The notes: generated by a model from the sequence alone, not told the origin. A DNA stretch of 63,349 nt, filler included, from Polymyxa betae A26-41 (GCA_003693705.1; 4 parts of 4 records of this genome joined end to end with filler, not necessarily neighbours in it), one strand, 5' to 3'; counted from the whole stretch's first letter, positions 48,190-59,690 are shown. A program made the numbers and translations.

Positions 48190-49104
48190 AGCAAGCGTGG
48201 ATCGGGACTCGCTTGAAAATAATGTGATGATCACTCTAATGGGAGTCGGCAGACGGCGGTCAAGCGGAATTGAACCACACTTTTATTTCCAAAAGAATAA
48301 TGAACAAGAAGGACACATAAACAGGACAGGTCAGGACAGGACAGGACAGGGGCTGCGCGAACGACGCTTAATAGAAGCGGCACTTGCGTACAGGACGTAC
48401 TGGGCCGCTGCTGGTCAAAGCAGCTGTCTTGGAAGGAGCGGCCTCCCGGGCGGGTTGCGCCGGAGTAGCATCTTCATCTGATTTGAGAGGCTGCGCCTCT
48501 CGGACTTCGTCAGGTAGGGTTTTAGGGTTTAGGGTTTTGATGTCGTGTGTCACGACACGAAGCGGTTTCGCATGTTCGGCGACACACGAAAGTTTGGTAG
48601 GACTTCACAGTTTGAGAAACCGACCTGCAACGAAATTCCACATCTTTGACCATGCTCAATTGTATCTTTCCAGGCCTGAAACTCAGAGATGCCAAAAAAT
48701 AACTCATCAGGAATAATTTATCAGAATTTGTTATTCCGAGCCAAATCCTGAAGGAAGGAATTCAATTATTGACCTGCATTGAGAAATATATATGTTTATT
48801 CCTTCTGAGGAAATTATTAATGTTTATTCTATATCCGAATGGAGATATTCGAAGGTCCAAAGATGTCGATCACTTTTAGAAACAGTTGCATTTCAATATT
48901 GGCAGACTTTCACACAGGTTACTGATGGGGCGAATGAACTTTCAGTCGATGTAGCGAGACTCACTCGAAATTTTGGGTCGTTTTACCTGCTATAAAAGTG
49001 GGTCGGTGTATTTACGGTAATTGGAATAGTATTTCTTTATTCCGGACTTATGGATTTTATTCTCCTGGATTTATTCTCATGTGATAACGGAATATGATAT
49101 TTCC

Positions 49105-49475
49105 TGAGAGCATCTCCAGCGCGGGCAACCCATCCTATTCATCCAAACCTATTCTCTGGACTCTGTGACTGAAATAGGTCAATAGGTAACCCTCTTTGAA
49201 TCTTCATCGCATGATATCTATATACACAAATCGCTATACCTCTGTTGCAATGATTCGGGTGAACAATCTGTTTCTGAACGCGAACGCTCCTTCGCTAGAC
49301 AGTTTAATCGATAATCCATTTATGCAGCCAAGAGATGGCCCTCCAGCAAAGAAGCGCCATGGGGGTCCAAATCCAGGGCGTGCGATCTTTGTTCGAGATT
49401 TTCAATGGGGCCATTTATCGATTGCCCGCGATTATCCCTTCGGCGATATGGGCACGCTTCGTTCGAATGCCTGAA
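49105..49475 (+). mobile_element. PIF/Harbinger left end and transposase N-terminus
   Basis: Terminus agagcatctccagc; HGGPNPGRAIFVRDFQWGHLSIARDY resembles the PIF transposase N-terminus. Confidence 0.65.
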
Positions 49476-49479
49476 GATT

Positions 49480-51630
49480 ATTGCAAAGGAAACGAATAAC
49501 GAATGTCATCGAAAATAAAGATAAATCTCCATATTTCTGTGAGACCTGCGTACAAATCACGCCCACAGAAGTTTTTCCTGAAGTACGCTAGACCCAGCCG
49601 GCAAGGGTGCTCGAGATTGTATCATCAAACCTGAAAGGACCAGTATACTAAGGACAAAGGCGGATATCGTTATTTAAACTCTTTTAGAGCATCCACAGCG
49701 GTTGCAGGATTTTCATGCGTGATTCCACTTACGCACCATTCACGCATAGAAAAAACGCATGGGGTGTTATTCCAAGCGGGTTTTGTACATTTTTTTGATT
49801 GCACCTTTTGAAAAAAAAATCGAAATTTAGTCACCAAAGTTTGGATAGTCGATAAATCTCGTCTGTGACAATTCTAAGTATATTGAGGTTGAACGCACCC
49901 GGTAACGATTGTACAACATCTCATGATTGCCGTAACCCTCTTGTTCGGGCGGAATAGCTGCATTAAAGGTGTCCGTAAAAGGCTCTGAAAGTCTTCGAGT
50001 CGCAGACCTTTGAGCCTATAGTTCTGCTGGAGCCTCCGAATGCTGTCAGTCATAGCCAAAGATCTGTCGAACTTTTCGAAGCCCACTAAAACGACCTCCA
50101 AACAGTTTCACAGACTTTTGAATTAATCCCTTTTCTGTAGTTCTAAGATTTCTATGGAAATTGCACATGATCTGTTCCCAGAGTCAAGTGCTGTATATTT
50201 TCAGGGCGATGGGAATTCCGAGCTAGCTCCAAGGAGTTCTCCTTGACCGCAAGAGAAGTTATGCATTAGGTGAAGACCAGCGTTCTGCGATCAGAGGTGG
50301 CTATAACCGGTTTACATCTTCCATTAGCTGATCGATTAAAAATTCAACAGGAACAGATCCATATTTTCAAAACAAAAAAATATAAATCTGTGTATTCAGC
50401 AATTTTTATGTGTGACTGGGTGATCTGGCAGACCTTTGCAAAGATCTGTTACATATACGGACAGCTGCAAAGATCTGCAAGTGACAGACAGTTAGAGGTC
50501 AAAGATCTGTCACATTTGCGGAAACCTTTATTGTTCCACAAGTCTTTCCGCTTTTGGTTATTGCCTTAATGATAGTGGAAGTCCAAACCACACTGAGGCT
50601 CTTGTCTTCGCTCGAGCTGAAACGTGGAGCCATTGAAACACAGATAGAAAACTAGAGAAAAATTGAAAATTTTCTCTAACGCATGCGGGTTTCCATGCGC
50701 CAAATCTAATGCACGAAATGATGCTGCGGGATTTTGGGGGCTTGCAAACACGCACAAGTGGGAGACAATATTTCACGCATGAGGGATTTACCCAATCACG
50801 CATGAAATCATGCAACAGCTGTGGATTCTCTTAACTGCCAATCTTTGAAATGTTGCTGGATTACCTTCTTGAAGGGGAAGAGTGCGGAAGAAGTTCTCGA
50901 CGCGACAAGGCGTCTTATAACCGATGCACAATCCAAAACAGTGAGACGAATGACAGCAACTTGAACGGATAACGGATCAGAGTATATTCACAGCGACGTG
51001 AGTATGCTCTTACTACTGAAGAATATCAAGCAACAACGTACGGTGCCGTACTATCCCCAGCAAAATGGACTAGCTGAACGAAGAAATCTGGATATCATGT
51101 CAATGGCCACATAAGTCGTGATTAAATCATTACTACCGCACAAATGCTGGCCGCTCACTGTACGATACTTAACCTTCACGTTTAGCCAATAACCGACAAA
51201 ATCGATCGATTGGAAACTCCGATTTCATTTGAGGAAAATTCTGGATATCGATCACATGAGACCGTTCGGCTGTCTAGCTTATGCTCACGTCGACAAGTGG
51301 TTACGAACTTCAATGGAACCTACATCAGGGAAATGTATATTCCTTGGATATGCCCGTAAAATTACGGACTCGAGCAACTACATGATAAGAGGTAGTGGTA
51401 AGAAGAAATATCTCTTTTGACGAAAATCCTCGTTAGGGCTAACAAATGATCATCATCTTGGTCAAGGCGGATCCTTTTGCAAAGAATACCGATTTTCTCG
51501 AAATGGACATGCAATATGTATCTTCAACAAGGCCGAAATATTACCAAGCTGCTTTGAAACTACCAAACAGACAGTTATGGCATGAAGCAACTGTTCGAGA
51601 AATTGAAGCTGTATCAGATTTTTTAACATA
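49480..51630 (+). mobile_element. Ty1/copia integrase relic split by a Tourist-like element
   Basis: FCETCV..VSSNLKGP left of the insertion; TDNGSEY, PYYPQQNGLAERRN, MRPFGCLAYAHV and KCIFLGY to the right. Confidence 0.85.
49687..50830. mobile_element. Non-autonomous PIF/Tourist-like element, TTA TSD
   Basis: TIR gagcatccacagcggttgcaggattttcatgcgtgatt / aatcacgcatgaaatcatgcaacagctgtggattctc; TTA on both sides; subterminal acgcat repeats. Confidence 0.85.
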
Positions 51631-51951
51631 ATAATATAAAATTCTGAATTCCCAAGAATCAGCGTACGCAGTTTGACGAACTGCGCACGCAAAGGCTCCT
51701 GATTACGGACGCATAAACCTGATGCATAACAAAGATGCGAACCTGATGGAAGTACGACGACGTACCTTAATATTTATAGGCTCGACTCACGAGAGGTCCG
51801 TACGGCATCCGTACGGACCGAGCTGGATTTGGGTCCTGGGATTCGAGCTGGNNNNNNNNNNNNNNNNNNNNNNNNNNNNNNNNNNNNNNNNNNNNTTAAT
51901 TAATTAANNNNNNNNNNNNNNNNNNNNNNNNNNNNNNNNNNNNNNNNNNNN

Positions 51952-52375
51952 TCACGCTGCAGAGCGTCTTCGAGTCCACTTCCCATCAAATGTGCAGTGA
52001 AGCCGAATTCGAACGCAGACCAATTCTTGCCATTCAACTTCTCGCCCGTGTACGCTTTCAGAACGTCTGGGCCCATAACCTGAGAAGATGTTTGGTTTAA
52101 GGAAGCTTCGATTCGGCGTTGCTGCATCATGTTCTCAGTCACGGAGTCCGGACTTGGACTATCCCCCGAACCGTTCTCAGAGTCTCGTGTATGAGATCTA
52201 GTATTCGCCATCTAGCTACTCAAAACGCAGACGCTCACGATTAGAGGTCAGAATCAAAGTGTTTAGTGATCATAAGATCGTCTCGTACTCCAGGGCCGGT
52301 CACGTGCTCGGTCCGCACGCGACCGCCGGCAGGCCAAGTCACTGGGAGGGCGTACGCATACCGCCAGCATCAACA
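51952..52375 (-). mobile_element. gag: Copia 5' end: LTR 52375-52081, PBS and gag start, running into a gap
   Basis: tgttg...ctca|ggttatgggccc; KLNGKNWSAF; the gag ATG (52211) lies inside the LTR. Confidence 0.8.
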
Positions 52376-52979
52376 CTCGTGTCCTACATGATCTGTCCTA
52401 TGTTACCTAATATACAATTCACTCTGTTAACTAGCCTACATTGAGCACTCCGACTTATAGCTTCTTTCAATAGATAGATCCATTTAGCGACCATTATGTC
52501 AGCCTTAACGGAATCCGAAACAATAGCGTGCTTATAGGAGCTCTATCCGTCCCCATTTTGCGTTCCTGAAGGAGGATATTGCAACGATGCCATTGGTTTG
52601 GATCAAATCCCGAATGAGGAGACTTTCGCTTACTCGATATTTGTATAGCTGCTCTCTCCCGATCCATCAAATGATTTTCTTTGTTAGAATGCAATCATCG
52701 TTTCCAGTGATGGTTTGCCCAATTTGCTGAGAAAATCGCAACAAGACATCCATGATATTCTGGCTGTAGAAGGCAGAAAAAGTGGTTTTGGTGCAAACCT
52801 TATGTTATGCTCTCAGCCATCTTGGTAATCAACGCCAGCGTCATCGTGTTCAACCTGAGAAGTGCGTTTATGACTTTTTGCTCGACATCGGCATCATCGC
52901 GAATTCAAACTCAGGTAGCTGCTGTTTCTCCATCCAGTTCTAATGGTTAAAAACTCAATTTTATCAGGAACAGAATATA

Positions 52980-53380
52980 ACATGGAACGCAACATGATCA
53001 ATAGTTTCATTTGATACAGGGTTGCTGATGTAAGTTCGATTTAGTATCCCGATCGGCAACTTACCGAACATTCGCTCTATCATTGGGCGCAGCCCAGTTG
53101 GCGTGCGGCCTTCTTCCACTTCATCGATCTCGTTAAAGGGGGACCTCTATGACGATCTTAACAACAATCTTAATACTATGCTCCATCTGGGGAACGTCCA
53201 GAATTCTGGCCGGTACGACGCAAGCCCAACACCAAGTTCTGTTCCGTATCGTGGCGCATAAAAAGGCAGTCGAACTTCATCAGTGTATGAAAAAGTCTTT
53301 TCAAGGAAATTGAGTGAATATTTCATAGATCGCGATAACAGTTTTTGGCCTTATATGAAGTTAAACCATTTGCGGGTTGA
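52980..53380 (-). pseudogene. Unknown coding relic, paralogue of 59230-59620
   Basis: YGTELGVG.ASY.P.F...IVLRLLLR.S..PFNEIDEVEEGRT.TGL.PM..RM..K.P.GILNRTY.SNP in both copies. Confidence 0.6.
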
Positions 53381-54132
53381 AGGGCCTGATAATGCCGAAC
53401 AGGCTGTCAGGCTACACCCTGTAGAGCGAGGACGCTCTTGGCAAATTTTCATATGTGCGATTTTGGGCATTGGCCTCCTGATTACGGCTCATATTCTTTT
53501 TTATCATTAATGATTATAAAATGGTGATGTGATCATCATGATAATCATGGAGGATATCGTCAGACTGTGGTTTTGGGTTGAATCTGGAAATATTCGCGTT
53601 TTGATTCGGGAAATCCACAATCCTCTCCTTGAGATTACTGGAATTTTCAATTGCTTCTGAAAGACCACTTAAAAAATCCCGTTTTTGAGCAACAGAAAAC
53701 AAGTATTAACTTTTGTGAAACTGGTAACTCCACAACAAACTATTTGCCAAAAAACTATCCGAATACGAATTTTCAAAGGATGTGTTTGAACTTGCTTCAG
53801 TATCTGCTCATCAGACTAAAATCTTTACATCAATATTGATTGGAGAGCAGAAATGACTATGTCCAATATGTTTCAAGCGATAGAACATGTCTTGCAAACC
53901 TTCCAACCAAAAGCTTAAAACGCTCGATCGCATAAAAGCTTCTTTTATAATAATTATTGATCAGCTGAGCTACAATAAACAGACTTTCTATGTTAAAGAT
54001 GGGTTTACATCGCTGCAGATTACTCATCATAAATATAAATAACAGCTGGTTATGAAGGTGAAACAATCCGATTTGCTGCTCTGCTTATGTCACTTCTGAT
54101 AGGCTCCGCATCAATTTCTAACGGCAAATGGC

Positions 54133-55049
54133 TTAGATCTGCATGTAGAACTGACAGCAGGGTAACACAGCACAAGCTGCGTGATGGATCAGCGCGACCA
54201 GCGCCGCCGATGGGCGGCGTTCCCTCTCAGGCCCCGTGACATTAATTACATTGTTCAAATAAATCCAGATGCGGTCGCTTCTCCAGCCGTTGACCTTGGT
54301 GGCATTCTCCGTCGCGGCCGCCGCCTTAAAACTCCTGCAGCTCAGATCTTTTTCGTTACACACTCTCTAATAAGAAGCGCCTTCCAACAGCGTATGGTGG
54401 TACCCTAACCCTAACCCCTACCCACTTCATTGTTTTGAAACTTTACATCGCAGCGCAGGTGTGACAATCAACCTTCGAGAATAATAGAGACAGCAGATTG
54501 TAACCACGCTATATTTCTCAAAGATAATTATGAAAGAAACAAGGGCAGGGTCAGAAACGAGACAGGACAGGTCACAGGACGAGGCAACTGGGCTGCGCAG
54601 AACAGCTCAGGGCCTCAGGCAGCGGCGGCTGGCTGCGCGGGTGCGGCGTCTTTATCAGATTCGGGAGCCCGACATGGTCTTGGGGGGTTTCATGAAACCC
54701 GGTCGCGACGGCAGGCCGTGAGCCGTCGTACTGGTCCAACACCTGGTGACAGGACAGAATGGAAACCATTGTGAATACAAGGTGCCGAACCATATTTGTC
54801 TAAAAAGACCCTCTTGAGCATTGCTAAAGATTCAGCGTACGAGCATGGAGGGCTACCGGCACTTGACGCACCCAGATTCGTCGCAACCACTAAGGCAGTC
54901 TTGTCGACTGTTGGCGAAGGACTGCACGAAGTGAATCGTTCGAAGGATAGCGCAGCCTGCCCATCCGTCGACGGATACGGATAGACAGATTTGAGTTTTC
55001 CCGCATAGAGAACAGAGAGATGAATACAGACTACAATACCTTGCATCAT
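54133..55049 (-). pseudogene. Degenerate secreted protein interrupted by a solo LTR; faint class-3-lipase-like motifs
   Basis: Hydrophobic N-terminus; KTALVV...CIHNGF before the LTR and INVTG...AALVAL after it; catalytic GHSLG absent. Confidence 0.2.
54460..54710 (-). mobile_element. Solo gypsy LTR, TSD GCAGG
   Basis: gcagg|tgtgac...gtcgcgacg|gcagg; termini and gacag repeats resemble the 43149 LTR. Confidence 0.8.
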
Positions 55050-55593
55050 AAACCCACAATACTCTCATCAAAAAGTTTGGGATTTTTTGGGTCTTGAGCT
55101 GTCATTCGAATCACAAATGTGACTCTATATTTCGATAATTCTGGATGATTGGAATCCGAACAGCGTAAAAAACAAAATACATTTGGCGCCACAGATGCGA
55201 TTTTTTTTTTATAAAATGCCGAAATTTCAAACGTTTCCAAAGTCGCGCCTTCATCACTTTTTGTCTATAGTTTTCTACATTTTCAAACGTCCGGATACAC
55301 TTTGCGTTATTGCGAGCAATTCCGTCATTTCGTTTCGGGCTTCTAACTTTTAAGTACGTACCAGAGAAGCCGCAGAACTGCGCCACTTGAGGAAACTGCG
55401 CAGAGTCCTGTTGCATAAATAAAAAGTTGAAAAGTGCGTACGCATACTGTCAATGAAACTGAGACAATTTTAGGTTACGGCTCGGTACGTCGACTGCGTT
55501 TCCTTCTGAGTTTGTGCGTGGCGGACTTTGAGCGATGGACGATGGTGTCGACCGCATCACCCCGCCGCCTTGTCGCGTCATTCGTCTCTCGTC

Positions 55594-56343
55594 ATGATCA
55601 CTCTGGTAACATTCCTGGCTCTGCTTTTTGCCGGCGGCATTGCCACGGATCTGACCCGAGACACTTCTAATGGCTCTATGGAAATCGAGACAACCGATCT
55701 GCCACGAGACACTGCTAATGGCTCTGTCGCAATCGAGATCACCGATCCGACCCGAGACTCTTCTGATGGCTCTGTCGCAATCGAGATCACCGATCCGACC
55801 CGAGACTCTTCTGATGGCTCTGTCGCAATCGAGATCACCGATCCGACCCGAGACTCTTCTGATGGCTTGGTGGCAAGCGAGGTCGTACCGGACACGATAG
55901 AGAACTCACCAGAGCCATCCGCCGCCATCCCGTCTTCACCATACGAATTCCGCCGCGGCCTTAAGCGAATGTTCTCGGCACCGGACACGACGTTGAGTCG
56001 CCGTGAACGGGCGTGGCTTGCGTTACGTCTGATTGTTGAAGATCGGAAGCCGGATCTGCTACAAGGATTGACCACAACGTCCGTGTTCGGAACGGCTCTC
56101 GGTCTCACGATTCATCACCCGCAAGGCTTTCCCATTATCATCGCATTGTTGCTGTTCTTATTGGGTATGCAAGTCTGTCATACGCTCTATATGAATCGTG
56201 TACAGCTATCATTGATGCCCGCCCCATTGATTGCTTTCTATGCTATCTTGGTGTGGCTCCTTGATCACGCTATTTTTAATCTAATTTCCGATGAGATGTC
56301 CCAGTTCAAATGGCGCCGTTTGTTTTCAAATCTCGGATTCTGA
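55594..56343 (+). CDS. Signal-peptide membrane protein with 16-aa acidic tandem repeats
   Basis: MITLVTFLALLFAGGIA; 48 bp repeat (TDPTRDSSDGSVAIEI) about 4.5 copies at 55645-55865; 2-3 C-terminal hydrophobic helices; intact frame. Confidence 0.75.
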   Translation: MITLVTFLALLFAGGIATDLTRDTSNGSMEIETTDLPRDTANGSVAIEITDPTRDSSDGSVAIEITDPTRDSSDGSVAIEITDPTRDSSDGLVASEVVPDTIENSPEPSAAIPSSPYEFRRGLKRMFSAPDTTLSRRERAWLALRLIVEDRKPDLLQGLTTTSVFGTALGLTIHHPQGFPIIIALLLFLLGMQVCHTLYMNRVQLSLMPAPLIAFYAILVWLLDHAIFNLISDEMSQFKWRRLFSNLGF

Positions 56344-56929
56344 CTCGATTTGCTCTCCTATATCTCAATAAATCAATTCAACATTTTGCAGCGCATCCCG
56401 CGAAATTGGCTTGGTAATTTGAAGCTGCTTTGAGTCTCCAGTTAAATATTCTCATCAATTCAAGAATTTCAAGTGTAGGGCAATAATTTGTTTGCAATCA
56501 AGCTAGAAGCGAGTAAGCAGCTCTTTGTCACCGAGCTTAATTGGCAATTTGACAAACGTGTGTCTCAGGTTTGAAAGCTTCGATGTAGAAATTCCTATCT
56601 CTCCTCATCGTCGTTCTGGGAAGTGCAGTCGTCTATTAAGCATTCAGAATATATTCAGGTCAAATCCGACAGAGCAGCATCGCGTTTTTTTTGTCAGTGG
56701 GATGTCTTCAAAAAATAGAGATACCAGAGAGACAGCCAGCAGCATCTATGCTCTGATCATGATAAAAAGTGGTTTCAATCGAGAACCAGATCGACATTAA
56801 ATATCAATATTACAAATTCGTGCTGTGCGGAAATCGCAAAAAAAATGTCAAAAAAATGTCTCGTTTTTCTGAAGTTTGAAAAGAGATTTTACATGAAATT
56901 CTCACTTGAAAATGTGTAGGTGAGGAATG

Positions 56930-57191
56930 TAAGGCAATGGATGATGATTGATGAGAATGTGTTACATTCGGTACGGCTTTAAGAGGCTGCGCCGTAAGAG
57001 TGACCTGGCCTCACACAGGGGGTAACGTAGGGGTGACCCCGCCGCCCCAGACCGAGCTCTCGAAAGTAAGGCTCTGTATGATGAAGATATGCTACCTTCG
57101 GTAGGGCGTGAAGAGGCTGCGCCGTAAGAGTGACCTGGCCTCACACAGGGGGTAACGTAGGGGTGACCCCGCCGCCCCAGACCCAGCTCTC
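56930..57191. repeat. 130 bp tandem duplication with a ~80 bp near-identical GC-rich core
   Basis: aagaggctgcgccgtaagag...gccccagacc at 56981-57061 and 57111-57191. Confidence 0.9.
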
Positions 57192-57232
57192 TATCTCACC
57201 ATCTCATCGTTAAGCCACCCAGTCCTTCTACA

Positions 57233-57713
57233 ATGTCGTCCAGTGAGGTCATTCCAGGCGGATCTCTGACTGTCGCCTCCAAAGATCACATTCTCGACGT
57301 CAACGACGATCAAACCACTCCTTAAAAGCTAAGCTCCGCTCTCTATTCATTATACCCGAATGCCAGCTGACGATTGGTGAACGCCTGCTACAGAGCTTAC
57401 AATGCATGGGCCAGTACGTAGCAACGGATTCAATGCAGATCATGCTCGTGGTGGACGTGCCCGGGTCAGCGCTTGGTCTGGTGATAAAGTATCCGCATGG
57501 ATAGAGTTAGGGATGATTGTCGTACTGGTCCCCGGCATGCAGACGTGCCATGCTCTGTATAAATATCGCCAACAGCGGGGGTTGATGACGTGCCCATTGC
57601 TGATCATTTAAGCGGTGTTCTTGGTCGTGACCAGTATGTCCATCTGTCATCTGATCTCGGACGAGGTCGCCGAATTTGAGCCGCGTTTTCAGATGAAGAA
57701 TTTGGGATTCTGA
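57233..57713 (+). pseudogene. Degenerate paralogue of 55594-56343
   Basis: GMQTCHALYKYR...LISDEVAEF...KNLGF* vs GMQVCHTLYMNR...LISDEMSQF...SNLGF*. Confidence 0.7.
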
Positions 57714-57913
57714 ACCAGTTAGGGTTTAGGGTTTAGCGCTATCAATGCTCTCTAATCGAAAACAGCGCATATGTTGAAAATCGTGTTTACTGATGCTCAG
57801 CGCAGCAGCAGCTTCCTCCCCCAATATTACTGAAAGAGTTTATTACAGATTCAGACATGATGAACCCTAAACCCTAACATGCAGTGCTGATCCATTGATG
57901 AAGCCGTTCCTGC

Positions 57914-58980
57914 TCAAGTAACGCACAATGTGAGAGCAGAGACCAGCAAGAGCAATACTATCGAATGGTCCGGGAAGGACGACCCGGCGCTCTTCACGGC
58001 GGGCGTACTGCCCCCGGACGGGGCTGCCGACAATGCCGTCGTGTCAATACTACTGGCGGTAACGATATCGTTAGTAGATGTGACAGTGATCGGACAGGCC
58101 AGGCCACTCAGACGCTGTTGACATTTCATGGTTCGTGTACGACGCGATGAACTTGCGACATTGAAACGTGTGTAACGAATCGGCCGCGGTCGGGTCGGGA
58201 GATGGTGCCGTGATGGCGAGCGATTTCATCTGCGAGATGCGGACGGCGCTGTTGGCGTAATTGCGGCAATAAGCGGTCCCATCGCCGGATGCGTCCGTGG
58301 GTTGATTGACCCCTTCACGATACAGAATACGTTTCTCTTGACTTGGCTGTCCATCTATTAATACATTGGGGTTAATATCGGGTATAATCGCTATAGGAGC
58401 GTGCGCTAATATCTGTGCTTGTATCTCATCTAGTGCTAATGCAGGCATCATCAGTCCACTCTCCATTAATGAAAGGCCTCTCATCTGTTCACATTTTAAC
58501 GTCTTGAACATCGTCTGTAGGAATTCGGTATCATCTCCATTCACCACAACTTTGGCATTCGACATCGCTTGACGATTGGCGGCCGTATTCTGAGCGATCT
58601 TATCGCCATCGACCAGATAGGTCCCATAAACATTATCGCTCTGATCTTTATCGGTCATGACGAAATCTCGAGTTGTTACGCACGTCCCTCCATCGGCCGC
58701 CTTTCCTAACGCCGCCAGGCTCATCTGAGCCGCAGCAAACAGCGCTTTCGCGTTACAATAGGCGAACGACCCGAATCGGGACGGACCCGCGCCCTCGACG
58801 CACTGGCCCAGGGCCTTACTGGTCCGGTTCTGCTCCAGTTTCGCATCGCCATCTAACCGGACCAGTACGACCTAGCGAACCTTCTCATCAAACGAATCCC
58901 CGTTACATGCCGGACCGTTGGCTTGCCGCAGCTCAGCGACTTCGTCTGCAGAGTGGTTGTCTGGCTCCATGATCTTATCA
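57914..58980 (-). CDS. Probable surface/GPI-anchored protein of an uncharacterised family recalled from actinobacteria and fungi (one frameshift near 58130)
   Basis: CVEGAGPSRFGSFAYCNA; DGGTCVTTRDF..DKDQSDNV..TYL; AQNTAAN; LALDEIQA; LYREGVNQP; YCRN; SPDPTAA; S/T-rich linker and hydrophobic tail. Family assignment is from memory. Confidence 0.6.
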
Positions 58981-59136
58981 ATTGATGGCCCCGACAATAG
59001 AATCTGCTGTAAAGAGCTGTTTTCGTTCAAGACGAATCTTCTGCAATCGAAAGACCCGCACTTGCCGAAATTAACCCGATTCTTTTATGAATTATTAGAG
59101 CAGGTTTCAAGTCATAACGTCGGCCCTCAGTATCAA

Positions 59137-59690
59137 TCAGCTTTGTTGGTATGCGTTAAAGGAACCATCGCAGCCTGCTGACCAAGATTCTCGAAATCTA
59201 CAAAACCGATCCAATCCATGACAGGTAAGACGAACGATATGCTCATTATATAGAGGGTTGCTGTGATAAGTTCGATTTAGTATGCCATTCGGCCACTTAA
59301 CGAGCATTCGCGCTGTCATTGGGAGCAGCCCTGTATGCGTGCGGCCTTCTTCCACTTCATCGATCTCGTTGAAGGGAAACATCGATGACATTCTTAACAA
59401 CAATCTTAATACTATCCGCCGTCTGGGTGGCCCTATACAAAACCATGGCCAGTACGACGCGAACCCAACGCCAAGCTCAGTTCCGTATCATTGCGCCTAA
59501 AGTGACTATTGACCACCATCAGTGTATGAACAAGTTTTAGAAGAAACTTTCGAGTGAATATTTTATAGATCGGGATAACAGTTTTTGGCCTTATCGGAAA
59601 TGAAACCATTTGCGGGCTGTGAGTCCTGTCTTTGATTTCGAACAAGTGGTCATGATACAGCCAATTGAACATCGACAACGACTCCAAATT
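59137..59690 (-). pseudogene. Unknown coding relic, paralogue of 52980-53380
   Basis: Collinear DNA and peptide similarity to the 53 kb copy. Confidence 0.6.

Larger units (their letters stand above)
43149..48557 (-). mobile_element. Full-length Ty3/gypsy chromovirus; LTRs 48557-48223 and 43483-43149; TSD CGAAG
   Basis: 335 bp LTRs with 9 differences by eye; CGAAG at 43144-43148 and 48558-48562; PPT gggggagggc; gag and pol present. Confidence 0.97.

Noticed and set aside
42994-48716. Plus-strand ORFs over the gypsy element and its LTRs (e.g. 42994-43443, 46192-46659, 47996-48481)
   Set aside because: Antisense shadows of GC-rich pol/gag/LTR sequence
43020-48720. F-box-like or secreted host gene split by the gypsy insertion (SLKRIVSVSK|RFRMF)
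   Set aside because: Too short and stop-ridden to support
57050-57095. Hammerhead ribozyme in the 130 bp repeat (gaaa...atgatga)
   Set aside because: The core lacks CUGAnGA and stems I-III cannot be formed convincingly
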